Assembly: GCA_047495785.1 (NCBI GenBank) | Contig: JBLDXI010000054.1 | Span: 4,216,001 to 4,280,000 of the forward strand | Source: Lepidodermella squamata | Taxonomy: Eukaryota > Animalia > Gastrotricha | DNA length: 64,000 nucleotides | Direction: 5' to 3' | Shown here: positions 27,228 through 41,800 of the stretch, in pieces | Layout: each line of letters starts with the position of its first letter | Position numbering within the stretch: position 1 is the first letter of the stretch | Program-made: the position numbers and the translations under genes | The notes under the pieces: generated by a model | What the model saw: only the letters and a program-made list of their open reading frames with translations | Database searches by the model: none | What the model was told of the DNA's origin: nothing

Positions 27228-29084
27228 GACGGTTTCTTAATAAAGTCTCCAAACTGTTTCAACAACAGCCAGCTCAATCGGCGCCAGCGCGCGCTGCGCC
27301 AAAGGCGGGCAAGCAGAAGCGCAAGCGCGACCCGAACAAGCCGAAGCGTGCCATGTCGGCCTACTTTCACTTTCTTCAGTATTGCCGCGAACAGGCCCAA
27401 AAGGAGGGCAAGTCGTTTGCCAAGGTATGTCTCCAACCACAACCTCGAAAAAACAACAACGTTCAATTTACTACTAACTGCTATGCTTCAATATTTCAAA
27501 CTGCGCGCTCTCGCGTTTTTTTCTCGTGCGCGCTACTTATCATCGCTCGTACTATCATAGCCTGTCTTAATCGCAGCTAATGCCGCCTGTGGTATTTATG
27601 GTCAAAGCTGTTGTAATAGTGTAGTAGTGGGAAGGGTTTCTCTCGACGTGTGCCAGCTATAGGGCCGGTCTGGCCACTGCGCATAATTATTGTTTTTGCG
27701 CGCGCGCAGGCGATGAACGCGCAGGTCGGTGTTTTTCTACGCACCAGTGTATTGTCGTTCATTATCGCTTTCATATTACTAGCGCGATGTATATATATCC
27801 TCCTCATCATCATCATTGCTATACTTCATTCACTCATTCATTCATTTTTTCCTCCGTCTGTTTCTAGATCGCTGAATTCAGTAAGCTATGTGCGGAACGG
27901 TGGCGGAACATGAATGGCGAGGAAAAGTTGCCGTTCGAGGAACGGGCGAAAGAAGACAAAGGCAGATACGATCGAGAGGTTTGTTTCAGCTGTTCAGCCG
28001 TAATTGAGTATGACCTAATTTTTTTCCATCACATTAATAGATGAAACTTCACAAACCAGTAAGAGATCCCAACAAGCCGAAAAAGCCTCAAAGCGCATAT
28101 TTCCTGTTCCTCGCGCGGTTTCGCGAAGAAATGAAAGAAAGTGGTATGACTCATCGTGACATTCTGAAACACGCCGGCGAGCGGTGGAATCAAATGAACG
28201 AGGAAGAGAAGCATCCGTTCCAAGTGGACGCGGAACGGGGCAAGCGGGCGTACGACCAGCAAATGATCGAGTTCAACCAGAAGCGCATGCAACAGCAGCA
28301 ACAGGAGCGTCGCGAGGCGGCGCAGTCGACAAGTGCCCAACAGCCGCAGCAAGCGCATAGCGGCGCCGCGCACGGCCACGTCGCACGGCCGAACCAGTCA
28401 CAACCGGCGCACCAACAGCAGCAGCAACACCAGCAGCAGCAGCAACAACAACAGCAGCAGCAGCAACAGCAGCAGCAACAAGCGCAGCAACAGGCCCAGC
28501 AAGCACAGCAGCAGGCCCAACAGGCGCAACAACAAGCCTTCTACAACCAGAACGCCCAGGGGCAGAACGGAGTGCCGCAAGGCGCCGCCGCGATGTTCCC
28601 GTTCGGCGGTCTGCCCATGTCGCAATTCTCTCCGGCGCACCTGCAACAGATGGCGACCGGGTACCTCGGCTACGGCTCGCCACCCGCGACCGGCTACGGC
28701 GCGACAGGCCTGCCCTCGTTACACAACATGATGACCATGACCCAACCCCAACAGCAACATCACCAACAACGATCGCCCCCCGGCGCAGTGCCGGGCCAGC
28801 AACAACAAATGGGTGCTGTTCAAGTCGATATGCGTAAGCTCAGCTTTCCTTTTTCTTAGAAATTTACGAAGGGAATTTTTGGAGAGCTCCCATGAATCGT
28901 TAGTGGATTACGCGAAATCGTCTTGAAAATAATTATATGATAGGTTCGAACCTATTTTGAGACAACTTTACCTGTGTCTCTTTAGACTGATTTTATTGCA
29001 AGCAAACCAATTAAGGAAATAGATACCTTGAAGTTACCTTGAATAATATTTTTTTTATTTATGCTTTCAGATGGAGCCAGCTAA
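27228..29084 (+). CDS. Two-HMG-box protein (HMGB/DSP1-like) with C-terminal polyQ/low-complexity tail; first coding exon not located
   Basis: Box [15 protein letters not shown]../[20 protein letters not shown]; box [25 protein letters not shown]; last intron ends tttcag at 29070, giving ..MHGAS*. Confidence 0.88.
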
Positions 29085-31506
29085 TCTAGATCCGGTGCGG
29101 TAAAAGCAGGGAGGACCAGCGTCACACTCACCCGGCCTTTTTGTGTTTTTTTTTATATGAAAAAGTGTGAGCTTCTGGCGCTGGGCTTCGCTGACTATCG
29201 GGAGGACTTGACATCATCATCTCTTGACGCGTGTATTAGTTGCTTTACGTCGATTCTGGTGATCGCGCGTCTCCGCTGCCTATTCAATACACACGTCGTT
29301 TTTTATGCTGTCACATCTTCTCTCAGCTGCTTCTCGGAACTTCTTCATCATCTTCGATAACTCGTTTCTCGATACCTTTTTGATGTCTGTCTACACTACA
29401 ATTTACACTCGCTCGCTCGCTCGCTCTCTTCGTCTCTTCTGTACAGTGCGTACCGTATAGAGGCAAACATCGTTTGCAAATCCTGCATCAAGTCGCCGAT
29501 TATTACAATACTTGCTGGTGCTGTGCCAATCATGCGATCGACCGATCGACTGACCGAAACGCTGGCACTACACTTTCGGTCGTTCGCGTAGCTATTACAT
29601 TTCTTCTGGCTTATAAAATAGATCCGCTAAATCTTGCTAGACGACAGTGAGCCGTAGCAACTCGATGCTTCTCAAGACTTCCGTTTTGTATAATTTTTTA
29701 ATACGAAAATGATTTCAACTTGGGGCTGTCGGCCCAACGTGGCGCCCTCGGCAGTGTTGTGTCGGTTCTTTTGGTCTTCTGTCCTTCTCTCTTACTATCT
29801 CGGATCGGTTCGGTTCGCGGGGCGACCCGTTGCGACAGCCATAAAACTAATCCAATGATATTGATAATATGTAAATTAAATACCTACATTTGAAAATCGG
29901 AAACGGCAGGCAACTGACTCCTCGGCATCTATTCAGGAAAATGATGCTATTCTGAAGTCGGTGAATTTTTCTATTAAAAATAAGTCGTTTTCTTAATAAC
30001 CGTCCGTGGTGTTACTGTCAAGCTGTCAGTCAGTAGGAGTAGACGTCGTCAGTATCTGTTGGCCGCTGTCTTCGAGCTCTAATTCTCCGCCGCAGGCCTC
30101 GAACTCGAAGGCATCCATCCTTTTTCTTATGCATGCAAGAGATCTTGTGAAACGGCGGCAAATAAACGATTGCCACTCTCGTTCATTTCGTCTCGCTCTC
30201 TCTCAAAGCCTGTATTACCGATGTATTTTCTATCCATAATTTGAGTGAGACCTTGCAATTTTAACAGCCCGGCTAGCATAGCCCGCGCGGGTGCATTACC
30301 TCATGAATAACAATGCGCTTCTGTTACACTTGTTTGTACCATTTTTTCTTCTTCTCTTAGAAACAAAACTAGAAGATTGGAATGAGCGTAACTTTTCGTG
30401 TATCTGTTTGTTTGCAACCGATTGAGATCTGACTCGTTTCATTCATCGCATCGGGTGAGCTTGTTTTACATAACAACAAAAAACTGTCCGAGAACTTCCG
30501 TCGATTACTACAAACATTTCTGTCTTTTTTACGTTTAATATCACAGACGTTTAATAATTTCAAAACCTACTTCCTCATCATAATACATATTTGATTAATA
30601 ATTTTGTTACACATCTTTTTGTTACCCCTTTTACCAAAACATCTTCCGCCATGCCTTCGTAATTGTGTTCCTTTAAAGCATACCTGATTGAATGACGCAA
30701 CTTTCTATGCATTATCCACCATAACAAAAAACAACCGAATTCATTTGTTGATGCGCGGGCATTTGAACAGCGTGGCCAACAGCTGAGACGACAATTTTTA
30801 TTTGGACGTAAGAGATCATCATTTGTAGGTTGACCGTTTTATCCGACCGAGTTGATATCATGCCGACGTTTAAATCTATTGATTAATATAATAACTTCTA
30901 CCGAATGCCTCTGAGGTTGTCATACACGCACACCCACAAGTGCCTCGACTTTGTCAATGAAGGAGGAAACACAAAACAGTATGGCTTTGAGTGAAATTTG
31001 GCGGCAAGGTGGTCTCAATCTCCGCTGGTTGCAATCGATAATGCCAATACCATCAATTCTTATTGCATAAATTCATTCTTATCATCATTTTTGATGCGCA
31101 AATTTTTATTGTAAATTGCGGAAAGATTGATGATGGCAATTTTAGTAATGATGATAATGATGTAACACCTGCGTACATTATTGTTGCTATTATATTTATT
31201 GTCAGCAAAATGAAAGGAACATCCGCATTCGAAGTAATAATATAGACACCTCTGACGATGATGATGATGATGATATAAATAGTGTAAATAGTGACATGAA
31301 CTTTTCGTTCGTGTTGTTCGTGCTTTTTTCGCAAAGTTTTGTACTTTAAATTTCGTTGTTTGTTTTGTGTTTTCATGTCTTAATATCATCGTCGTCGTCA
31401 TCAATTGTTGCTACGCTGATCATCTTTGTTTTGTTTAGTTTAACCGGAAAATCATCTATCGGCCGAAAAATCGGTCAAATCTGTGTGTTATGTGCTTCTT
31501 CCTTTA

Positions 31507-31547
31507 ACGACGGCGACGACGACGACGACGATGATGATGATGATGAT
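31507..31547. repeat. (GAC)n(GAT)n microsatellite
   Basis: Directly visible. Confidence 0.85.
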
Positions 31548-33376
31548 CACGAAGAGAGAGTGAGAGAGACTCCATTAGAATGAGAGAGGACGCGATTCTT
31601 AGAGAATTGCGAGCCGAAAATGTACTTACTTGGACAAATCTTTGATAACAAAACAAATAATTGTAAAAAAATGAAATCTTGCGAAGATGAGAAAAAAGCG
31701 GGCCTGATCCGTCACTAACTTTTGGTTATTTCAATAATATTAATAAATTCATTGATATAATAGTAACATTACTTATTACGTGCATCGTGTTAGAATAAAT
31801 AAAACGAAATACTTTGAATCGCGACATCACCTTTTTGTAGTTTTTGTGAATGACGTTTGGGACGTTAGTTGATATATGGCTGCGAGCGCCTTGAATAACG
31901 GCTGAATGACGTAACTAACCTCGAAACTATAACCTCGAAGAGTGTAATTAGTGACGGCTGGCAGAAAAATGTGATCAACAATGAGCTCTTCCTGTCTTTG
32001 CCCACTGTCCATCATCAATAATTTTGCCTTGAATCTTCGAAGTCTAATGATGGACTTTTTAAGTGACGGAAAGCATCTCTCTCTTTGTGTCTCGTTCTCT
32101 CGCTCTCAACTGTTTGTAATGCCCTGTTACAGGTTTATGGTTGGTGCGCGTATTAACATTTATTATTCTGTACATAGTGTCATAAATTTGTCATATATCA
32201 CATAATATACACTTCTTATTTCAATATCGATTTACATTTTATGACTAGCGTTGGAACTAGTCAGACGAATAAAAACTTGACTGGTTACTATTACATGGAT
32301 TTATCAGTCCACAACTCTTGTGACACGGTTTGAATGCACACGCAGCTGATGAGGTTATCGATACAGTTCGTGCAATTCACTGCGACCATTGTACAATTCA
32401 ATTACAATTCGAAAACGCCATGTTTTTGTAGCCCGAGGAAATAATGTCTCCAGCCAGGTTTCTTTTTCAACGCTGCGAGCTGCGATTCGTCTGATCCTGG
32501 CAGCGAATATGCGATTTTTGAGAAAAACACGTTTTAATCTTCAGTGAAAGTATCATTTACAATATCACATATTGTCGGATAGGAATGCCGATGGCGATTG
32601 TGCCATCAGCAGGTCAACTAAAAGTAGTCATTTAGATGTAATACACAACTAAAACAAAACAAATAAGTCCGCCTTAAAAAATATGGCGACGCTCTAATAA
32701 AGAGGCAAAGAATGAGAGAAATTAAATAATTAAAGATGTAAAGATGTTGCAGATTTAAACTTAAATACCGCAGATTTCATTCCAATATAGACCTGTTCCA
32801 TTAATATCCGTTCTATCACCATAGATTTACATGCTTTGGTAACAGGTTCCATTTTGCGGGGCAACTCTGCAAAGGGGTTGGTTATTCTGCCCCGAATCTG
32901 AATAGCTGGTTTCAAAGTAATTATACCGTGAGAGAATACAGCAACCTCAGCTGAATTAAAAAATGCGCGAAAACCACCGCTATTGCTGTGATTTTTATTT
33001 TTATTTTCAGGTTGCTCACTCCTGACGCTCGCCATGAAATGAGAAATTTAGAGCTATATGGAAGACTTCACTGCCCGATAACCTATGGTCTTTTTATAAG
33101 GGAAATTTTTCCATTCGCTCCTGAGCTTTCCGAAATTCCGGGAAGAAGAATGAATTAATACTATTATATTAACCGAACAATCATTATAATTATATTTGCG
33201 ATTTGCCAATCCTTATAATTAGCATATCTAAACATTGAAAAATGAGCAGCGACCGCGTTTTGAGTCAAGCTTTCCGAATCTGCAAAGAATGTATAGCCAG
33301 TGTACGAAGTGTAGGAACTAGGAGATAATCCTAATTCCGACCCGAATCATACCCGAATCGGACTAAAGGACCCCCT

Positions 33377-33858
33377 CGTTGGTATCGCGAGTAAAGGTGC
33401 CAAGTGACATTTTTTCGGAAAACGTTTTTATGATGGATTCTTACTAATGTCGAATGGTGACCTCAGTTTCTCAAAATACCCTTCGGAAGTCAAAGGTGTA
33501 AAGTGCAAATTTCATTCGAATTACAAAACTTTTACACCAAAATGATTAGCCTTCTGAATCGAACTATGTAAAAAAATTCATCGCGAAATCATAAAATAAT
33601 GGTCGAATACATGCTGGAAACTAACTAAAAATGAGCAAATTTATTGCATTCGAAATTTTTTTTAGTGTGTGTTGCATTGTTGCGTCATCGTTTTTTGCAT
33701 GCGTATTTTGGTTAAAGGTGCCAAGTACACCTTATCTCACGCGGAAGCAATCCAAGCCATGAGAAAAAATACCGGATCAATTTGGAATAAACACGTTTTT
33801 TTCGTCTCCTGGAAAATTATGAAAAATGCACTTGGCACCTTTACTCGCGATACCAACG
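33377..33858. mobile_element. Non-autonomous DNA transposon (MITE), 482 bp, perfect 30-bp TIRs, 4-bp TSD CCCT
   Basis: CGTTGGTATCGCGAGTAAAGGTGCCAAGTG at 33377-33406 and exact reverse complement at 33829-33858; CCCT on both outer flanks. Confidence 0.9.
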
Positions 33859-34734
33859 CCCTGCTCTCCCCCATGGTTTTTTCGGGTTTTCTTGCCCGGA
33901 CCTCTCTAATTGGGGGCAAGGGTTTGATATCGCCCATTCTACCGTTTTTCGTTCGAAGCAATCACGCTCAGTTGTGATTCTTCAGTTTTTTGTATTTTTA
34001 CCAATACCGAAAAATCTAGTGAAAACTGGTATTACCCGTTACTATCGGCCTGTTTGGGTTGGGTTATCCAAGTAAATCCAGCTCTGGCCATGGGCCATGG
34101 GTGAAGTTGGGTTGGAAAACACTACCTACAAAATTTAGCGGTACCTCATCCACGCCAAAATCCTTGAAAAATACCTGTAAAACGGTAAAAACTAATCGAC
34201 GTATAAGTGATATCCTATACGGCTGCTTTTTTGTATAGTCGAGCGAGTCGAGGCTATACGGTTTTTAGAGCAACAGCTGGCCGCGACACTTCTTCTTTAA
34301 ATTCAGCGCTGAAAATTCAAGTTTATTTATTTTTTGCGATCTCTGATTACTTGGCTGGCTTTTTAAGAAATCGCTTTTGAGTTACGGCGCAACAAAGCTG
34401 AAAAATCGCCCCGACCAGTGTTGCGGAACCAAGCGATAAATTCATCGACCAGCGGCTCCGAAGGTTTATCACCCAGTGACTTGCAATACAAGATGACCCA
34501 TTCAAGAAGGCATATCTCGTACGGGTTCCATTGTCTTCCTTCACGTTCAACACATCAAAGAGGCTAAAAGCAAGGCGCGGAAAGGCCTGTTCGCGCTCAA
34601 ACCAGCAGCCAAATTCGTCGACCGCAAAACAGCTATTCTGATGGCAGATGGCCTGATCTTCACCCATCTTAATTATGGCGACTTGACTTTGGGACAAGCA
34701 GCACCGACAACGCGAGGAGAACGTGACCACTAGA

Positions 34735-36329
34735 CTTCAGTCGTCTAGGTTCGGCAACATCTTTTAGCTTTCATGAAATCTCTGCTGACAAAATCATCAA
34801 GGCTGCGGAAAAACTTACCTCAAAAACAACCACAGGTTACGACGGCGTCGCTGAACGGGCCCTGAGAGCTGCAGTGGTGTCGAAAAACTATTGCGAATTT
34901 TTGTCCCAATTCTTCAACTTGATTCTACGTAACAACGAAATTCCTGAAAAATGGCCCACTAGCGTGGTCACTCCAATCCACAAATCTGGAGACCGATCTG
35001 ACCCTTCAAACTACCGACCGATATCAATCCTATCGTCTGCACTAAAGTTATTCGAAAGATGCATAAGCGACCAAATTAAAGAGCACCTGTATGCACACAA
35101 CATTCTTAGTAAATCGCAGTTTGGCTTCCGAAAGCACCACTCAACATCAACGTGCCTACTAGCAATTGCCGAAGACTGGCTCGACGCGTTGAAAGACGGC
35201 AATTATGTCGCAGCAGTCTCTCTCGACCTCAGCAAGGCTTTCGACACATTACACCATGATGGCATCGCCGCATCTTTGAAAGCAGCGGGGTTTGACGAAA
35301 AGGCGATTGAGCTGATCAATTTTTACATCACGCGCCGCCAACAAATCGTAAAAATTGGTAACTGTCTGAAAGACTGCCTGTGAACGTAGGCGTACTTCAA
35401 GGCAGTGTCCTCGGACCATTGCTTTTCTCTCTTTATGTTAATGACCTTTTCTCGATCTGTGATAGCGATAATCTAAGAACTGTCCAATTTGCCGATGACA
35501 CAACAATTTATGCATTCGGATCCACAGCTGCGGAGGCCCGAAACCTACTACAAGATAGGCTAGTCAAGTTCTGCTCGTGGTTTAGCAACAACTCGCTCAA
35601 ATAATTAAACCCAGACAAATCCCAGTTTATGGTCTTATCCCCTGTCGAAATTCCCTCCATCAGCCTGCAAATCGCCAATGCAACACTAACCGCCGTCTCT
35701 TCAATCGAATTATTAAGATTCATCTTGGACCATAGGCTCACCATGGATGAACAAGCGGAAAAAGTGAAAACAAAGTTCGATCTGGCACCTACGCCCTCCG
35801 CATCGCTAGCCAGAATCGCCTACCATCCGCACAGAATAAGGCAATTAGGGCTCTGCTTAACAAACCGTACTCGTTCGACGCCACCGCTCTCCTCAAACAG
35901 TTAGGTTGGCTACCAATCGACGAGAAACGCCTAATCCACGAAATGACTCTAGTTTGGAAATGTTTGCACTCTCAAGCACCTGCTCTCATCAAAAACTTGA
36001 TCAACAAACCATCGTCCGATCACAAAACCAGGCTTAGCAGCTCTGATGGCGTCGAAATTCCTCGACTAGCTAACCATCTCAGCTTTCGATTTCGTGCTGC
36101 TAGCAAGTGGAATGACTTACCGCCATCGATAAGATCTTCCGAAAACCCGAAGATCCTCAGAGACGAACTCCTGAAAGTACTGCTGAAAGCAGAATACGTG
36201 GACGATTTCGTCTACACAAAGAAGAGGTAACTCGCCACCTTACCTCGACGCGCCCACCTGCGTCCGTTAGATGGAAGACCGCCTTAGTGCGAATCCAACG
36301 CTATTATACATACATACATACATACATAC
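34735..36329 (+). mobile_element. 5'-truncated, decayed non-LTR retrotransposon (CR1/L2-like RT) with (TACA)n 3' tail
   Basis: RT motifs NYRPISILS, QFGFR, DLSKAFD, QGSVLGPLLFSLYVND, FADD, WNDLP; frameshift near 35380 and in-frame stop at 35602; tail 36307-36329; 5' boundary approximate. Confidence 0.92.
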
Positions 36330-38805
36330 GTACCAGGGGTAGGGACAATCATTAAGTAGTTAGTAAACCAGACCAAATTTTCCTTGAGCGTAAGCTCGCG
36401 ATTTTCTCACTAGCTCCGCCTTATGGCGAAAGCTTGAGTCCGTCAGGGCGAGGAGAAATCGTAATTCGTGATCCTGATCCTGATCCTGCTGGTGTTTCTC
36501 ATTCTGACTGAGCTAATACATGGATTTATTTATTTATTTAAAGAGCCATAACGCCCAGAAGAGGACAGCTCAGACAAGTGAAAAGTAAAGACAACAACGA
36601 AATTGAAAATCGAAATAGCATAAATAGTAGACTGATCGGGATCACTATCGAAATCAATGCAATAGTCAACATAACATGGAAACATTTAAAGCCCCATTGA
36701 CTCGTTGTTGAGTTGGGGAATGGGGGCTTGGGCTCAGATGGGCTCAGATGGGCTCAGGACATTTGCGCTCTGACGATTGCGGACCGGGCTAGGTCTGGGT
36801 TGCGACTGACCAGAAAACTGATGCAGCAAAATCATGTCGTATTTTTTGAGTCATAATTCTAAATAAAATATGATTGGTAATTCGTAAACAAAAATTTATA
36901 TGTAAAATTTAACTTGATTGTTCTTCACTCGTAATATATAAATGCAATGCGCGTTTTATATTATGCGTAAATAACTTTTCTCATGTCTCATCTCTCATCA
37001 GCATTCCCTCAGCCCTGTCCTTGGTCGTTCGTTACCTATATTTTTTTATTAAACAACAAAAAACCCGCTGCAATCAATTGAGAGCAGTTGCGCTAACCGC
37101 TAACGACACTAGAAATGTGTAGATGAATCTATGGTTAAGTGAATTAGGTTGATAGGCTGTAAAGCTGTTTAGTAGGCTTGTACAGGAAGGAGTTTAATAT
37201 TCGGCTATTACGGCTGGAGATTTCAGCGAGAATACGAATTATTGTGGGTTTTCCTATTCGTAAATCGTGTAAGGCGTCAGCAGCATGTTTCGAGATAGAA
37301 GCGCGTGTTCCGAAAGAAGAAGTATTTTCTATTACCTAGAACTTATATCTGAACAAAAGCGGCTTGATACCTTTGATGACATTGCGATAACTTGTCGACG
37401 TTCGACGTTAACGTAGGTATCGTGCGTAGAACCTGGAATATGCATAAATTCTACCCTTCTCCACGTTCCACGTCTAGTTATGTGTCCCCCGTTCTCTTTG
37501 ATATTGCATGTTGTAGGACAAGGGGCGGGGCCTACTCTAATCCAAATTGATCTTTGTTTAGAACAAAGTTTCCACAATTTGTTCTGTGTTCTATCAAATT
37601 TGTTAGTGTCTCGTTTACTCTTTAGAACTCACATGCGCTGGGCGTTGGCAGTTATTCCAAAACCATGACCTAAGATTTTTCCACTTTGCTGAACCTTGAC
37701 CGAAGTACCATACACTAAATTTTATAATCAATTGAAATGTTTGACCAGCTCCTGCGTTCGATTCAGTTCTATCCATGAGGAACAGGTTGTACATAGCGTA
37801 GCTGTGGCTCGCCCTATCACCTTGCGGACTCAAGTCGATAATGTCTCAAATCGTACACTCATCAAGACAGCAGGGCTTGCTTGTTCGAATTAGCTATTAA
37901 GGAGAGCCACAATCGCTTCGCAGTAAATGCTTAAAAGATGATCAGCCTCGAGGCGATGCAGCAGAGTGATTTCTACATCGCCCCAAATCAGTACACCTAA
38001 GCGTTGAAAGCGGGAAAACATTGGATCACATCAAAATTTGGCCTCGCGAAGTGCTCCCTGGACGAAACGATATCGCGTTCGCTGGTAGAAAAGCCATTTT
38101 CAATAACCTGATTGACTCACATGTCGCTTACTGCGATGTTGTTCTAGGCGCCGGCTCTTAATTGTCCTTGACATGCTGGACAAAGCTCAATTAGCTTAAA
38201 TCCAAGTCCTGCTGCTTAAGCCGTATCAATTCCCATTGCCATTACTCGTACCGGTTACGTACCGGTAACGTACCAGCACCGGTCAGCGGTCAGCGAACGT
38301 TCTTCAAACGCGGCATTAAAGCCTGGAACGACACTCGCAGCTTCGTGTGCAAACTCGGGTCCTAAGCCACTCGTCAAGCCGCCTATCTTGTTGAGTTTGT
38401 CAAGGAGCAATTAAAGCCATGAATTAGGCAGTTGTTTTCTACGTAGTTATTTTTTACTCGATATTCTCTATACAAAGTAACCGTGAAAACCATCACTTGC
38501 GATGAACGGGCTGCTCTAACATTTCAACCTTCAGCCCAAGAGTACCTCCAGAAATGGTGATTGGGCTTTATATTCATCCATCCATCAATACAATCACATG
38601 AAAGATCGCAAAGAAAGGAAAGATGAATTAGAGTTAGTATTTTGCGGATACCTTAAATCTCCATTTGCTAGAGTTATTTACGATTTAACTAGTTCTACTT
38701 TTTTAATCTCTGTAGGATTGTCAATATTTGTGAGAGGGTGATTGGCTTGATTTCGTCTACGACAACCACCAGAGAACGATTGGAAAGAGTGGAGAGTAGA
38801 AAGAA

Positions 38806-41800
38806 ATGAGCTCCTACCGGTCTGCCACGCTGGGCAGTCAAGGTATTCAGATGGGTACTTTGCGCACCGACGATTACAGGTTTGTTGCGTGTAAATTCTG
38901 CCGCAAAATATTGCATGATAATTGGATTTTTAGGCGTGCTCTTACGCCCCGCGTCGACGTTGACGCAGATGCCGAGACGAGAGCTGCTGAGTATCGCAAT
39001 AACGGGAACGAAGGAAACTTAGATGGTCTCAGGCAGGAGCTTATCATGGATGAACATAGAGTCCCGGTGGACGAGCTTTATGCCAGATACAGCACCGATC
39101 AAGTCAGCGGTTTATCATCTGAGCAAGCAAGGGTGTATCTCAACCGTGACGGGCTCAACGAGTTGACTCCTCCCCCAGAAATTCCTGAAGTTCTTAAATT
39201 TATGAAACAGCTTTTTGGAGGGTTTCAAATTGTGTTATGGGTGGGATCTATCGTTTGCCTTGCTGCGTATATTCTTCAGGTATTGTCAGGCATGATTGAT
39301 AAATAGATTAATTTATAATGTCTTCAAAATTTAAAGGTGACAAATTACGATCATCCGCCTCCAGACAATTTCTACATGTTCATTGTTCTTGCTGCAGTAG
39401 CTACCGTAACTGGAGTTTTCTCGTATTTTCAGGTTCGCATTCATTTACTTGTGACTAGAGGCTTTCGACAACAATACTATCACGCTTTCATTTTATAGGA
39501 ATGGAGATCCTCCAAAATTTTGAACTCCTTCCGTAGCTATATTCCTCAATTCACGGTTATCATTCGTGACGGAAAACGTGAGCAAATCAGAGTTGAAGAG
39601 CTTGTCGTGGGTGACTTGGTAGAGATAAAAGCTGGAGATCGAATTCCCGCGGATATTCGACTTATTACTGCCGACCAGTTGAAAGTAGACAATTCGTCTC
39701 TAACTGGAGAAGCTGATCCGCAGTCGCGATCGCCTGATTACACAAATGAGAACCCGCTTGAAACCAAGAACCTGATTTTCATGTCCACGTACTGCGTCGA
39801 GGGAAGTTGCCGAGGCATTGTCATTCGCACCGGAGATCGAACGGTTTTCGGAAGGATCGCGAATCTTGCTTCGGGAGTAGATACACGTTCTACGAAAATC
39901 GCAAAAGAGATTCGTTATTTCATTGTCATCGTAACGGGTAAGTGTTGTTAATATCACTTGTTTATTCGTTTAATATCAAGTTCAATCTTCCAGTCTTTTC
40001 ATTCCTTCTTGGCTGCACTTGGTTTCTGATTGCATTTTTGTTGCAATATTTCTGGTGGGATGCGTTCATGTACCTCATCGGTTTGATGGTGGCTCATATT
40101 CCGCAAGGAATTCTGACGACACTGACAGTAAGTTCCTGATCTTTAACTTTTTTTACAGACTTACAACTTTTGTTAATAAGGTATGCCTGTCGCTAACTGC
40201 GAAACGTATGGCACGTCGAAATTGTCTGGTCAAAAACCTTCAGGCTGTTGAGACATTGGGTTCAGTTTCGTGCATTTTGACCGATAAGTCAGGCACACTA
40301 ACTCAGAACAGTTTGGCCGTTCAACATTTGTGGTTCGATTTGAAAACTCATGACGTCGAGCTGAATGAACAAGAAACTGCGCCTTATGCAAACACTCCGA
40401 CTTATCTTGGCTTGCTGCGTGCGGCATGTCTTTGCAATAACGCCGAATTCAAACCTCATCAAGCCAGTGTGCCGGCTATGGTAAAATTACACTTTTACAA
40501 ATGAAGCTAAGTAAATATATTTGTAAATGTTTTTTAGCGTCGAGAAGTTATTGGGAAAGGAGCCGAAGGAGCGATTTTGCGTTATACTGAGCTAATTTTA
40601 GGCGACAGCGTTGCTGAGCGTGAGAGATTCCCGAAAGTTGCAGAGGTAGCATTCACGTCATCTTCAAGATACCAACTGTCGATTCACGAGCTGCGCACTG
40701 AGGGATCGCGCTATTTACTGGTCATGAAAGGCGCCCCGGAGAAAGTTCTAGACAAGTGTCAAACGATGCTCCTATCAGACGAGCGCAATCAACCGATAAC
40801 AGTTCAAATAACTGACCGAGATCGCCGTGCCGTTTATGATGCCTGTGAGGAATTGGGTAGTCAGAGTGAGCAGATATTGGCGTTCGCCGATCTTGACTTG
40901 CCTCCGGCGAAATTTCCGCCTGGATTCAATTTTAAAGTTCCATCAAGTGATCCGCCATCAGGAGCTAACTTTCCCGAAGCCGGCTATCGCTTTTTAGGAC
41001 TTGTTTCGATGATTGACCCACCGAGAGCAACCGTCCCCGATGCCGTCAGGAAATGTCGTGACGCTGGAATACGCGTGATTATGATCACTGGGGACCATCC
41101 TGCCACCGCCAAGGCCTTGGCTAGGAAAGTCAATATCATCTCGGAGAGCAGCGAAACAGTCGAAGAAATCGCAACGCGGCGTGGCATTCCTGTGGCTAAC
41201 GTCAATGCCGACGAGGCCAAGGCTTGCGTTATTCAGGGGCATGAGTTGCGCGAAATGGGTCAGCTGCTGGACGAATTCCTGTTGCGACACGAAGAAGTGA
41301 TTTTCGCCCGCACTTCGCCGTCGCAGAAAATTCTGATAACCAGTTCTTGCCAGCGTATTGGTCATGTTGTGGCAATCACGGGCGATGGTGTTAACGATGC
41401 TGTTGCGCTTGCGAAAGCGGACATTGGCATTTCAATGGGAATCACTGGCTGCGATATTAGCAAACAAGTTGCAGATGTCGTCCTCTTGGACGACAATTTC
41501 GCATCGATCGTTGCCGGTGTTGAAGAGGGTCGTCTTATCTACGACAACTTGAAAAAGACAGTCGCATATTCTATCACTTCGAACATCCCTGAGATGGTGC
41601 CTTTCATAATGTGGATCGTTGCTGATATGCCTATTTTCATCAGTACCCTGACTATTTTGTGTATTGATTTGGGAACTGACTTGCTCCCAGCTGTTTCCTT
41701 CGTTTACGAAAAGTCAGAAGCTGATTTAATGAAACGCAAGCCGCGCAATCCAAAGACTGACAAACTGATCAACGAACGAATGTTGGCATTCTCGTATTGT

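Noticed and set aside
36470-36760. Short tandem repeats (GATCCT x3, GGGCTCAGAT x3) after the LINE tail
   Set aside because: Too short and unstructured to support a SINE or other element call
37150-37900. Possible decayed Penelope/GIY-YIG remnant on the minus strand (SISKHAADALH..RILAE..RIL)
   Set aside because: Similarity is weak and needs assumed frameshifts; no RT motifs seen; needs a translated HMM search
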